From Octopus bimaculoides (Eukaryota), in assembly GCF_001194135.2 (NCBI RefSeq), contig NC_068982.1:46126214-46175852 (forward strand): a stretch of 49,639 bases of DNA. Direction: 5' to 3'. The notes beneath the pieces were generated by a model. The model was not told the origin of the DNA and did not search any database. It saw only the letters and a list, made by a program, of their open reading frames with translations. The position numbers were made by a program, and so were the translations under genes. This document shows positions 36,242 through 47,839 of the stretch, piece by piece; within the stretch, counting starts at the first letter, position 1; each line of letters starts with the position of its first letter.

Positions 36242-36880
36242 NNNNNNNNNNNNNNNNNNNNNNNNNNNNNNNNNNNNNNNNNNNNNNNNNNNNNNNNNNN
36301 NNNNNNNNNNNNNNNNNNNNNNNNNNNNNNNNNNNNNNNNNNNNNNNNNNNNNNNNNNNNNNNNNNNNNNNNNNNNNNNNNNNNNNNNNNNNNNNNNNNN
36401 NNNNNNNNNNNNNNNNNNNNNNNNNNNNNNNNNNNNNNNNNNNNNNNNNNNNNNNNNNNNNNNNNNNNNNNNNNNNNNNNNNNNNNNNNNNNNNNNNNNN
36501 NNNNNNNNNNNNNNNNNNNNNNNNNNNNNNNNNNNNNNNNNNNNNNNNNNNNNNNNNNNNNNNNNNNNNNNNNNNNNNNNNNNNNNNNNNNNNNNNNNNN
36601 NNNNNNNNNNNNNNNNNNNNNNNNNNNNNNNNNNNNNNNNNNNNNNNNNNNNNNNNNNNNNNNNNNNNNNNNNNNNNNNNNNNNNNNNNNNNNNNNNNNN
36701 NNNNNNNNNNNNNNNNNNNNNNNNNNNNNNNNNNNNNNNNNNNNNNNNNNNNNNNNNNNNNNNNNNNNNNNNTTCGTGAGCTGTATACAATCGTTACAAG
36801 ATTCTCGACGAACTAAATGTGCAACTTAGTTTCGATTCACAGCTTAAGCAACCCGAATGACAATCTCAAAGGCAATAGTG

Positions 36881-37077
36881 GTTTAAAAGTTTGCCACAAG
36901 GGCAGCAATTTTGGGGGATGGGACGAATTGATTACATCGACGCCAGTTTTTAACTGGTACTTATTTTATCGACCCTGAAAGGATGAAAGGTAAAGTCGAC
37001 CTCAGAACGTACCAGCGGACGAAATACCGCTAAGCATTTCGTCCAGCGCGCTAACGATTCTGCCAGCTCGCCGCCTT
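36881..37077 (-). mobile_element. SINE C (small internal deletion) with imperfect 18-bp TSD
   Basis: TSD atctcaaaggcaatagtg (36863-36880) and atctcaaacgcaataatg (37078-37095). Confidence 0.9.
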
Positions 37078-37297
37078 ATCTCAAACGCAATAATGTTCCA
37101 AGTTTCCACTTTTTTTCCATCCGCTTAAACCTCAGATTTCACACGTCTATTTCATAACTGAGACTTTTTTCCACAAAATGTGAATGTTGAGCGTTGTTAT
37201 CACAAAAGCCATGCTTATATACGACTTCTCTGTTGCTAAGGAGATTCAAAACTAATCTTTCCCGATATAAGATGTACGTCTGTTGCAGGTAATGTTA

Positions 37298-37433
37298 GTT
37301 TTAAATTTTGGCACAAGACCAGTAAAGTTCGGAGGAGGGAGTAAATCGTTTGTATCGACCCTAGTGTGCAACTGGTACTTATTTTTATCGAAAAGATCAA
37401 AGGCAAAATCGGCCTTGGTGCAATTTGAATTCG
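37298..37433 (-). mobile_element. Diverged SINE C 3' half
   Basis: ttttaaattttggcacaagaccag...gtatcgaccctagtgtgcaactggtacttatttttatcg...aaaggcaaaatcggccttgg...atttgaattc. Confidence 0.75.
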
Positions 37434-37729
37434 ATTCATCAAGTTTTGTAATTTGCTTATTTCATAAGCACCGGAATAGGAACATGCGGATTTCTATTTC
37501 GCCGTAGTGGAAGCACAACGAACAGCAGAACGTATGAGAAGGGGTAACAACATCAACCGTGATCCTGCAGCGGTGGATTTAATTGTGTGTCCCTGTTTAT
37601 ATTAATCGCAATATATATAAGAAAGAAAAAAAAAACGGACGAGTTTGCATAGAACTTATACATGTCATGTGACTGGCGGGTTTCAATTATTTAAACAAAT
37701 ATAACTGCATATATAGTCTCATATGTCTA

Positions 37730-37910
37730 TGGCCATGCTGGGGCAACGACTTGAAGAATTTCTAGTCGGATAAGTCGACCCCAGTACATTTTTAAAGCCT
37801 GGTACTTATTCTATCGGTCAGTTTTACTGAACCGCTAAAATGCTGGAATGTAAACACACCACCACTGGTTGTCAAGAGGTGGTGGGAGAGAAACACAGAC
37901 AGAAAGACAC
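37730..37910 (-). mobile_element. SINE D 3' half
   Basis: ggccatgctggggcaacg...gtcgaccccagtac...aagcctggtacttattctatcggt...gaaccgctaa...gtaaacacaccaccactggttgtcaag. Confidence 0.8.
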
Positions 37911-37954
37911 ACACATATATATGTATGTATAAATGTGTGTGTATACATACACAC

Positions 37955-38003
<49 letters not shown>

Positions 38004-38475
38004 TATGTGTGTGTTTGTGTGTGTGTGTATGTGTGTGTGTGTNNNNNNNNNNNNNNNNNNNNNNNNNNNNNNNNNNNNNNNNNNNNNNNNNNNNNNNNNN
38101 NNNNNNNNNNNNNNNNNNNNNNNNNNNNNNNNNNNNNNNNNNNNNNNNNNNNNNNNNNNNNNNNNNNNNNNNNNNNNNNNNNNNNNNNNNNNNNNNNNNN
38201 NNNNNNNNNNNNNNNNNNNNNNNNNNNNNNNNNNNNNNNNNNNNNNNNNNNNNNNNNNNNNNNNNNNNNNNNNNNNNNNNNNNNNNNNNNNNNNNNNNNN
38301 NNNNNNNNNNNNNNNNNNNNNNNNNNNNNNNNNNNNNNNNNNNNNNNNNNNNNNNNNNNNNNNNNNNNNNNNNNNNNNNNNNNNNNNNNNNNNNNNNNNN
38401 NNNNNNNNNNNNNNNNNNNNNNNNNNNNNNNNNNNNNNNNNNNNNNNNNNNNNNNNNNNNNNNNNNNNNNNNNNN

Positions 38476-38524
<49 letters not shown>

Positions 38525-39085
38525 CAGATAAATAGATAGATAGAGGTGAGGCGTAGTTCCTAATAGTTTAGTGATTCTGTATATTGTGCAATAACATTTT
38601 TGCTTGTTGTCGTAAAAGAAAAGTCTAACATAGCAGAAATTTGAATTTAGCTTAATTTATTTGTCACACTTTCCTTAAGAGACTTCTGTCGCCTTCTTAA
38701 AGCACATATTTCCCTACATCTTCCACAAACTTTCTGGGAATACCAGTCATTGTTGTTTGAACAAGAATTCTCAAAATCGAATAGCTGCGAATATTATGTC
38801 GTTTGATTTACGAACCATTTAATTTACTCTTTTTCGCTTCAGCCCTTTTACATGTCTTGTTTAATAATCCGTTTACTAATCCGTTAACTAATCTGTTATC
38901 GTATCTTTTAGTTGCTTCCGTTACTGGGCTTTCTGCGACACCGATTTCAAGGTTTTCCGTAGAACGAATCTACCTATTGTTTAGTTAGGTTCTTATTTCA
39001 TCAGTCTCTTATGAAAAGCAGCTAGTTTACAGAAACGAACTCACACCGGTTTTCAAGCAGTGTTGTGTGTGTGTGTGTGTGTGTA

Positions 39086-39207
39086 TACGAACGGGTTTTT
39101 TCAGTTTCCGTTTATCAAATCCACTTGCAAGGCTTTGGTTGACCCAAAGCTATAGAACGCACTCACACAAGGTGTCACGCAGTGGGATAAAACCCAGGAT
39201 CATGTGA
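39086..39207 (-). mobile_element. SINE D 5' half
   Basis: cgggttttttcagtttccgtttatcaaatccacttgcaaggctttggttgacccaaagctatag...aaggtgtcacgcagtggga. Confidence 0.8.
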
Positions 39208-40059
39208 CTCTGAGTTTAGTCTACATGAACAAAAGAGAAAAATAGACTATTCTTTGTTATTTAAGCAGACTGCATTGGAGTTTAACTGTATTACGTCACA
39301 TGTAAGTTCCTGCTGTGTGTTAAATTGTTGACACATACATCAGGTCGTACTCCTGTTCAAAATAGTACAATGTGTTGTTCGCTGCAACCAAAGGTAAAAA
39401 AGAAAAGATTCTTTATAGAAGACAATAAAGTAGTGAGAGACAATAATGGAAAAGAGTGCAAATTGAGATAATTTCCTCATTATCTTAATTCCTCCACCGA
39501 AGCAAGTAAATATCAATAATTAAGAAAAGAAACACCCCTACCTCACATTTCACACTCTACACATAATCCAAACTGTCTGTCTCTTGTTTCTATATTCAAA
39601 CAGAAGGTCGGCGTTGTTTGGAAGGTGGATTCAAATTTCTCTCAGCTCGAATAATTTACAATGCTATTTGTGATTGAATTAAACACTAGGCAAAAACTTT
39701 AATCAATTTATAACGGCTTTATTTAAGAGTAAATTGGGTGTGCTGGATGCACATGGAAACTGTACAGGTCTACCGCATCTTTTACCCTCATGCTATCTTT
39801 ACAGATGCAACTGCCTGCTGATTATAACACCTCAATTGCAAGAGAAATTAAGTATTTGAGAATAATGAAAACTGCAGCTGCAATTGGTTGCAATAATAGG
39901 CGTTAGTGTTAAATATTTAAGCGTACTTGTTAATTCGGTATTTAGTCGTAATAATATACGTTGCAGCTGGTTGGAAAAACCTTTTACCAAACTGTCTATT
40001 TAAATCATTAATTTCGTCTTGGCACCTGACGCATCTGTGCTCCATCGCGCGCACACACA

Positions 40060-40098
<39 letters not shown>

Positions 40099-40186
40099 GC
40101 GCACACACACACACACACACACAGACGCACACACACACAGACGCACATACGCATACACATGTATTCGTGTTTATACATGTGCGTAC

Positions 40187-40262
<76 letters not shown>

Positions 40263-40459
40263 GTGAACTGCAGCTATACTGGAGCAATGTTGTGACGTGT
40301 TTAGTCTATGAAATCTATCGAAGAACTATTTTCGAAGTTTATTTATTTCATCGGATACTTATCACTGAATCGCTAGTACTGACGGATGTAAACAAACCAA
40401 CACTAATTGTTAAGTAATGGGATTCAAAAACAAAGATGCATACCTACACATATATGTAT

Positions 40460-40626
40460 AAACGACGTGATTCCGCGCAGTTTAAGTTTACGAGATTCAC
40501 TCAAAGGCGCTGGTTGGTCGGAGGCTATGGAAAAAGATATTTGCCCAAGAAGTTGCGCAGTGGAACAAAATCCGAAATTACGTGGTTGCGAAATGAACTT
40601 CCTAACCAGAATGCCATACCTGCGCT
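40460..40626 (-). mobile_element. Diverged SINE D 5' half
   Basis: ttggtcggaggctatggaaaaagatatttgcccaag...gcgcagtggaac...gtggttgcgaaatgaacttcctaacc. Confidence 0.65.
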
Positions 40627-40979
40627 TACACACACACATGCACGCACGCACACACACGCAAACGCATACACATACGCCTATATATGCGTGTGAGTGTATG
40701 TATGCATTTATGTACGAATAACTGTATGTATAATGTACTAGTCTGCAGGAACAAGTTGTCTCTATGGCTTGAAACGCTGTACGCGGCTGCTCAGATTGAC
40801 GCGACAAGCATTCCTCGTGACTGCTACAAGAAAATCATGTACAAGGCGGTTATTCCAGCATTCTGCAGTTCTAAAGAGGTAACACTGCGTAGAGCGGTTC
40901 GTGTGGTGTCTGGGTGTGGAAGAAATATGTTTAATGAGAGAAAGACAGACATGTGAGCTTGGAGTTTCTGAGTTGAGTT

Positions 40980-42075
40980 TGCATGAGATTTAATAAGTCC
41001 CGAAGAACTGTTGTTATCGTAACTACGACAAAAAAAGAAGGAAAAGAAAAACAGTCAGAGATAGGAAATAGCACATGGGGATTTTTTCTTGATACAGTCT
41101 ACGATGTCTGTGTGTGCAGCAGCAGTTTTGTTGTTCTAGTTGAAAGTTTAACCAGTGCGTTGAAGAAGATTTATAGCTGTCTACATGAATTCTTTTCTGG
41201 TGCGAAAAACCGCCAATATTTGAAATCCAGTCCATGCTACATTAAGCGTATTTATGTGCGTGTTCTTCAGGAGAAATTTTTAGTGACTATGAAGCACAGC
41301 ACTTACAGTAACGATGAGTGTTCTTGTTGCAGGCTGGTCATGTTTACGTAGAAACGTGTAGTAAATTTGTGCCGGTTCCGCTGACGTAGACAACATTAGT
41401 ATGATTTCATCATAGGATATCCTTAAAAACTCTACAACTCACGTAGTATAAGGACGATGCCTGTGTATGAAAGGCCAAGGAAGAACGAAGATTGTACTGC
41501 ATACGTCGGTGGAGAGTTTTCAGAGACACACACAGATATATGCACAAGATGTATGTTTATGGTGCTTAGAAGGAAGAGTTTACCAGATAAATCCGATTCC
41601 TAGTGAAGCAAAGGATTGTTAAAATTTTGGTCAGAGAAAGCTTCGCAAGTACATTCCACGAAGGTATGGCCAGCCAGCGAGGGGAGTGGGACACAGATAT
41701 AAGATATGAGAGATGAATGTGGTACATTGGCAAGCGGCTTAGCCAGGATGTTCCCGTGCCACACACGACCGATAGCTTTTATTACGTCGGGAGTAACAAG
41801 ACTGTTTTCATGAAATTTTATGAGAACAACAGACACTAATCAGTGACATAGAAGTATACGCCGTCAGCAGATCTGCTTTTTCAAAAACCATAATGGTGCT
41901 CATTAAGAGAAGAGACAGATTCAGGATGTTGAGGAAGGTTGTTCTTAAAGACTTTCTTTCACCTCTGTGCGAGTTGGAAAGGAATGTGATAAAACGATAA
42001 TTGACAGTACCAGAGGCTGCACTCTTTGAGAATGTGATAAACACCACTGCCTTTGCAAAGGTGAAGATATATATA
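40980..42075 (+). pseudogene. Decayed coding-like remnant, possibly the 3' part of a LINE ORF2
   Basis: Long stop-interrupted plus-strand frames (e.g. ...KRIYVRVLQEK..., FQRH...LWCLEG..., RRDRFRMLRKVVLKDFLSPLCELERNVIKR). No diagnostic motif recognised. Confidence 0.3.
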
Positions 42076-42084
42076 CCTGCAGAA

Positions 42085-42373
42085 AGAGAGAAGTAGACAG
42101 AGAGAGAGAGAGGGAGAGAGAGAGAGGGAGAGAGAGAGAGGGAGAGAGAGAGGGATAGAGAGATAGAGAAAAGGATAGAGAGAAAGAGGGAGAGTGAGGG
42201 AAAGAGAAAGAAAGAGTGTGACAGAGAGGGAGAGAAAGAGTGTGAAAGAGGGAGAGAGAAAGAAAAGGGTGACAGAGAAGGAAAGAGAGAAAGAGAGAAA
42301 AAGGGTGCCAGAGAGGAAGAGGTAGAGAGAGAGAGACAAAGAGAGTAATAGAGAGAGAGAGTGAAAGAGAGTA

Positions 42374-42404
<31 letters not shown>

Positions 42405-42430
42405 AAGACAGACAGACAGACAGACAGGGA
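42085..42430. repeat. Purine-rich (GA/GGA/GACA) low-complexity tract
   Basis: About 345 bp, almost all G/A on the + strand. Confidence 0.92.
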
Positions 42431-42934
42431 ACAGCAAACAGATATTGGAGTGTTTAGTGAAGTCAGAGAATATTTAAGGTAATAGAAAGAATATTCTCAG
42501 TTTCATTGATTAGATGCTTTCCTTGTTGCTTTCGCAATTGGTGTGTATAAGTCTGCGGGGGTGAGCTTGTTGAAGTAAAATTGAATAATTTGGGAATAAG
42601 GAATGAAGTATGGAGTTGAATGCTTATAGGAAGAGGATATCGAATGAGGAGGCTTGCTGATCTTTGATTCTCTGATGAAGGAGTAAACTAATCAGAACTG
42701 GCCTCGTTTACTCAAGGATACAGAAACGGGGGAAAAAAGTTTATAGTGGGGATCTATTTTTCAAAATAAGATTAATATCTACTTTTGCCAAAAAGAAAAA
42801 CAAACCACTCTACCTCGCAGTTAATATGCTCTGCATTTGATGCTGTTAAATACAACGATTTCTAAGAAGTGGTCATGAGTATCGCTAGGCGTAAACGAAA
42901 TGCTAATACATACATGAATAATATATATACATCA

Positions 42935-43127
42935 TGTAACCTCGTGGGCATCGGTACCATTTTCCTCTTTCTCCGTTCTTCCATTCTCCGAACTTTCCAT
43001 CTTTCCGACGAAGGGCTACGCCCGAAACGTCATACACTCTCTCTTTCCTTTCCTGAGCGTCCAATAATACTATCCATATCACGTCCTCACTTTGTTGTTT
43101 TTTTGTTTTTTTGTTATTGTTTTTTTG

Positions 43128-43130
<3 letters not shown>
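42935..43130 (+). mobile_element. Penelope-type terminal repeat ending at (TA)n
   Basis: Shares ttctccgt, the HHR, ttcctgagcgtc, taata and gtcctc...tgttgtt with the reverse complement of 18330-18520. Confidence 0.7.
43002..43035 (+). ncRNA. Minimal hammerhead motif with variant core CCGACGA
   Basis: uuu-CCGACGA-a-GGGC uac GCCC-GAAA-CGU-C: 4-bp stem II, ACGU stem III, GUC site at 43029-43031. U4 is replaced by C and stem I is weak. Confidence 0.6.
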
Positions 43131-43163
<33 letters not shown>

Positions 43164-43570
43164 NNNNNNNNNNNNNNNNNNNNNNNNNNNNNNNNNNNNN
43201 NNNNNNNNNNNNNNNNNNNNNNNNNNNNNNNNNNNNNNNNNNNNNNNNNNNNNNNNNNNNNNNNNNNNNNNNNNNNNNNNNNNNNNNNNNNNNNNNNNNN
43301 NNNNNNNNNNNNNNNNNNNNNNNNNNNNNNNNNNNNNNNNNNNNNNNNNNNNNNNNNNNNNNNNNNNNNNNNNNNNNNNNNNNNNNNNNNNNNNNNNNNN
43401 NNNNNNNNNNNNNNNNNNNNNNNNNNNNNNNNNNNNNNNNNNNNNNNNNNNNNNNNNNNNNNNNNNNNNNNNNNNNNNNNNNNNNNNNNNNNNNNNNNNN
43501 NNNNNNNNNNNNNNNNNNNNNNNNNNNNNNNNNNNNNNNNNNNNNNNNNNNNNNNNNNNNNNNNNNNNNN

Positions 43571-43606
<36 letters not shown>

Positions 43607-43632
43607 CTGTAAAAATATGTGACAATTATTCG

Positions 43633-43707
43633 GTAGCCATGATAAAACTCCAAGTTTCGGATGCCGGGGCGGAAACTCACGCCACCATCTCTTCAGTTAT
43701 CTGGTCA
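43633..43707 (-). ncRNA. Type I hammerhead ribozyme in the left arm (intact core)
   Basis: CCA-GAUAA-CUGAAGA-GAUG gu GGCG ugaguuuc CGCC ccgg CAUC-c-GAAA-CU ugg AG-UU/UUAUC-a-UGG. Predicted GUU cleavage between 43646 and 43645. Confidence 0.8.
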
Positions 43708-44130
43708 TTGAAAATTCCTATGAAAATGACCGTTAAACAAAGGGAAATTACTGTGTGGTTAACCGTTATTAAGACAAAAGAGCTATTAGAATGACCGCTA
43801 NNNNNNNNNNGGAAATTACTGTGTGGTTAACCGTTATTAAGACAAAAGAGCTATTAGAATGACCGCTAAGTGAGTGGTGGGAGTAAAGGTAAGGGAGTAA
43901 AAATGTCCATAGTATTCGTGTAAGCGCACCAGTTCACACATACACATGCGTGCCTACGCACCCACGTACATGCGCCTATATGTATATACTCATCCACCCT
44001 CGCTTGAAATACACACATGCTCACCCACACATTCGCCCCCAAAAATATATATAGCTCATTTGTCTCAATAACGGTCAACCACACAGTAATATCCCTTTGT
44101 TTAACGGTCATTTTTCATAGCAATTTTTAA

Positions 44131-44202
44131 TGGCCAGATAACTGAAGAGATGGTGGCGTTGGTTTCCGCCCCGACATCCAAAACTCGGAGTTTTATCATG
44201 GC
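44131..44202 (+). ncRNA. Hammerhead motif in the right arm, core mutated (GAAA to AAAA)
   Basis: UGGCCA-GAUAA-CUGAAGA(44142-44148)...CAUCC-AAAA(44180-44183)-CUC g GAG-UU/UUAUC-a-UGGCUA. G12 is replaced by A at a CpG. Confidence 0.75.
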
Positions 44203-44367
44203 TACCGATTAATTGTCACATATTTTTACTGATAAATTCCTCTATTTACATAATATCGAGGTCTCTTTCTTTCATTTGTTGTCTTTTCTATCGATATGTA
44301 TGTATATATATATATATTTGATAAATTCTTATACAGTATTTATCCTAATATTATATATATATGTACA

Positions 44368-44630
44368 TTCTTTTATTCTTTTACTTGTTTCAGTCATTTG
44401 ACTGTGGCCATGCTGGAGCACTATCAGTTGTCAATCAATGGTGGTGGGGGACAAATACAGACACACAAACGCATATTTATACGACGGGTTTCTTTCGGTT
44501 TCTGTCTACCAAATATACCCCCAGGGTTTTGGTCGGCCCGTGGCTATAGTAGAAGACACTTGCCAAAGGTTCCAGGCAAAACTAAACCCGGAACCATGTG
44601 GTTGGGAAGCAAACTACTTACCACACAGTC
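44368..44630 (-). mobile_element. SINE D, internally deleted
   Basis: The 3' end ttttacttgtttcagtcatttgactgtggccatgctggagcac joins the 5' half acgacgggtttctttcggtttctgtctacc...gctatagtagaagacacttgcc...ggaaccatgtggttgggaagc. Confidence 0.88.
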
Positions 44631-44667
<37 letters not shown>

Positions 44668-45162
44668 CTGTCCCCGTGGCGTATAAAGTGACGGCTGATT
44701 GTCGTATTTTATATGTAAATATGGATGGTAAATCAAATTAATACGCTTGTCAATGTTATCTAGTGGTTGTCTTTTGAGATGTGACATCAACCATCGTTTG
44801 TTACTGAAAGAACGCCTATTCACATATATTCACATACTTCCCTTGTACACGCGCACACATACACATATATACTCATACAGAGTTGAAACGCTGTTTGATT
44901 TTTCTTTTCAGCGTTGAATGTTCACCATCCCACTTCCATTGCACCTCTCCCCACCCCCCACGAAAACATTCACATAATTCCCTTTTACATACACGCACAT
45001 ATACGCACACAGAGTTGAAACGCTCCCACTACCTGTTTACCATCAGTCCTTCCTTCCTTATTTATCTATCACTCCTTCCTTTCTCATCCATATGTTGTAA
45101 CGGAGAAAAACACAAGAGTATTATTATAGTAGATAATGCATGTGTATATACATACAAACACA

Positions 45163-45215
<53 letters not shown>

Positions 45216-45569
45216 CAAATTCAATACACAACCGAAAGAGCGACTNNNNNNNNNNACACACATACATGCACAGACACAAACACACACACATGCACCCAAA
45301 CATACATACATACATACATACATACATACATACATACATACATACACATAGATACATGCTCACGCATCTACGTTGACATTAGCAAAAGCAATAACAATGA
45401 CAGCGACAACAGCAACCGCGTCAGTATCAGAACTAACAATAATAATAACAAGAACAACAATAAAATGTAATATGGAAAAAAATGTAATATGGAAAAAAAC
45501 ACTGGTCAAATGCGAATAAGAAAATTAATTCTTGGCTTACCAACGCTAAAATTGAAACGAGCCATTAAA

Positions 45570-45755
45570 TATGTGATTACCTGATAGCTCGACCTGCTAA
45601 ATATAGCAGCTAAATTTCATTTAGATCACTCACTACAGGCCAACAAAAATTAAAACTGCATTAGATACCAGAATAATTGGTGCGTCCACGCCTGGAATCA
45701 ATTTACACATACGCTTGATCAGTCGAGGCTGAACAGAGGCTAAGTAATAACAACA
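45570..45755 (+). mobile_element. Diverged fragment of another interspersed repeat
   Basis: The motif cctgctaaatatagcagctaaat recurs as cctgctagaaatagcagcccaaat (~17610) and cctgctagaaatagtaaccaaat (~24883). Confidence 0.4.
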
Positions 45756-47385
45756 CCTAATATCGAAAATTTTTTATAGCAATCTTAGCTAGAGATAAAC
45801 TAGCTGAACCCCCCGCGGGGGCTGAAACCAATTGACTGATATTAACAAAAGAGAGTGAAAATACTTGAATATACGCTAATAACTCCTTAGCAACAGAGGC
45901 GATTAACTGAATGTAAAACAATAATCAATAAAATATTCGGTCAGTACCAAAAACGCATTGAACAAGAAAATGAGAATTCAGTCAAATCAAGTTATAAAGT
46001 CATTTGTTAAAAAGGGCATGGATATGGTATTCAGGAGAAACTAAAACGAGAAGAAACAGCATAACCAATGCCAAATGTGTACAAAATCGAAGCTGAAAAT
46101 CGTCTGGTTCTTATTTTATTTTTCCGGGTTCTAATTTGCCTTCGAAAACTCTGATATAAATTAAATTTTGTGAAATTAATTCGTATCTTCATGAAATTAT
46201 GTCCTCATTTCATTGAGAAATAATTCATGTGAATTAATGCTAACTAAAAGGTGAAGTCATAATGCGTCAAACTAATTACTGACCACTATTTTGAAATTAA
46301 ATGCAGAACGTTGAGAGACTGGCTCTGGTGTGATGCATTTCGTTAAGGATATGTAAAATTTCCAAGAAGAATATTGTATTATATTGTTTACACTAGTAAT
46401 ATAGCTTCTATCAGATATGTCCTACCCAAATGAATAAACGCCCAAATCTGTTCACCACATTCTTCTAAGTCTTGTATTCTCCGTCAAAAAGGACTTTATC
46501 ATTCTAGAATGATGTTTAGCCAAAATAAGTGCCTAGCAATATATACCAATTGCCAACCCATATATTATTCAGATGTAATGAAGGACGCTAGTTGTACTTG
46601 AGGATTGCGGAGAACATATTCTATAATAATAAAGAAAATTAAATAAGAAAATACTACACCATAAGCAAAAACAAATATAATCATTTTCTGTTCACAGGCA
46701 GATCAGTGGCCTTTAGCTATCTATAGCATTTACAAACGGAGGCATAGCTGGTCGATACATTCACTATATCAGAAATGAACAAGCCACAATAAGTTTTGCT
46801 GGGTTAGTATCAATATAACCGTTTTGGCAACAACGATGGCTGATACAGTGTATTTGATCCGTAAGTGTAAAACTTGAAAACTGTTACTAGAAACTTCTAC
46901 ATCAGCAGCAACGTTAATTTTCTGAATATAACTTCGATGAAAACAATGACGAAGGACCATAGAGTTTGTCGAAATAGGAATTGAAGGATACGTTGAATTC
47001 CTTCGACAGTATATTGTAATCCGCATGTGTCGTAGAACACGGACGGAGTAGTCTGCTGCAAGCATCTTATAATAATTCTGTTTGTCACCCCCTTACTTAG
47101 CCCGTCCGTAACGCTTCCACATGATTAGTTGAAGTGGGTAGGAATGAGAGGAGTTGGGTGGTGGGGAGCGGGGAGGGGAGGGGATGTGAGAGTGGGAGAA
47201 GGGGAGAAGGGGAGAAGATGGGAAGGATAGATGGGGATGGGTGAGAGGTGGTGGTGAGTGAAATGCGTAATTTTGGTTTTAACTAAGTTTTTTTGGATAA
47301 AGTCTTCAGAAATAACCCAATAAGTTTACCATTAATTCCGTGAAATATTTATGGGTTCCGCTGGTGGAAATAAATGTAAAATAAT

Positions 47386-47635
47386 TCTGGCACCAGCAAG
47401 GAATTTTGTGAGGACGGGTTAGTCGATTAAATCAATTCCAGTACATGACTTTATTTATCACCCTCAAAAAGATGAAAGGCAAGGGTGACCTCGGTAGTAT
47501 TTGAACACAGAGCATAAGGAATCGGATTAAATACCGCAAACACTTTCGATTCTGCCAATATATCGCCCTTGTAGGGCGACGAGCTGGCAGAATCTTTAGC
47601 ACGCCGGGCGAAATGCTTAGCGGTATTTCGTCTGT
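47386..47635. mobile_element. Head-to-head SINE C pair: diverged copy (-, 47386-47570) and head (+, 47573-47635)
   Basis: Junction tcgcccttgtagggcga. The plus head reads gagctggcagaatctttagcacgccgggcgaaatgcttagcggtatttcgtc. Confidence 0.8.
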
Positions 47636-47839
47636 GTGACACCGGTTGAAATGCTTAGCGGTGTAACTGCTCCGTGAGTTTGTATCTATTAGTAATTATT
47701 TGAGTACGTTTGTATACTAAGTGCAAGTTTCTATTGACTGTTCTTGTGTTATTTCCTGTTATAATTATTTGTGCGATAGTCTTCGTTCGAAAACTATCGT
47801 GTGTTCTCCCCTGTGGGGGAGACATTAATCGCTGGCAAG

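Larger units (their letters stand above)
43609..44229. mobile_element. Foldback element with 178-bp inverted arms, each carrying a hammerhead motif
   Basis: Arm L 43609-43786 and arm R 44051-44229 are reverse complements, roughly 90% identical by eye (gtaaaaatatgtgacaatt...tattttac). The spacer contains a 10-N gap with a 58-bp overlap duplication. Confidence 0.9.

Noticed and set aside
42672-42700. CTGATGAAGGAGTAAACT, resembling the start of a Penelope-type HHR
   Set aside because: The 3' half (CC-GAAAC) is absent.
43743-43868. 58-bp perfect direct repeat around a 10-N gap
   Set aside because: Contig-overlap artefact. It does not create the inverted arms, which are diverged from each other.
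46769-47088. Overlapping minus-strand ORFs of 98 and 63 aa
   Set aside because: No recognisable motif or splice signals, and no single frame stands out.
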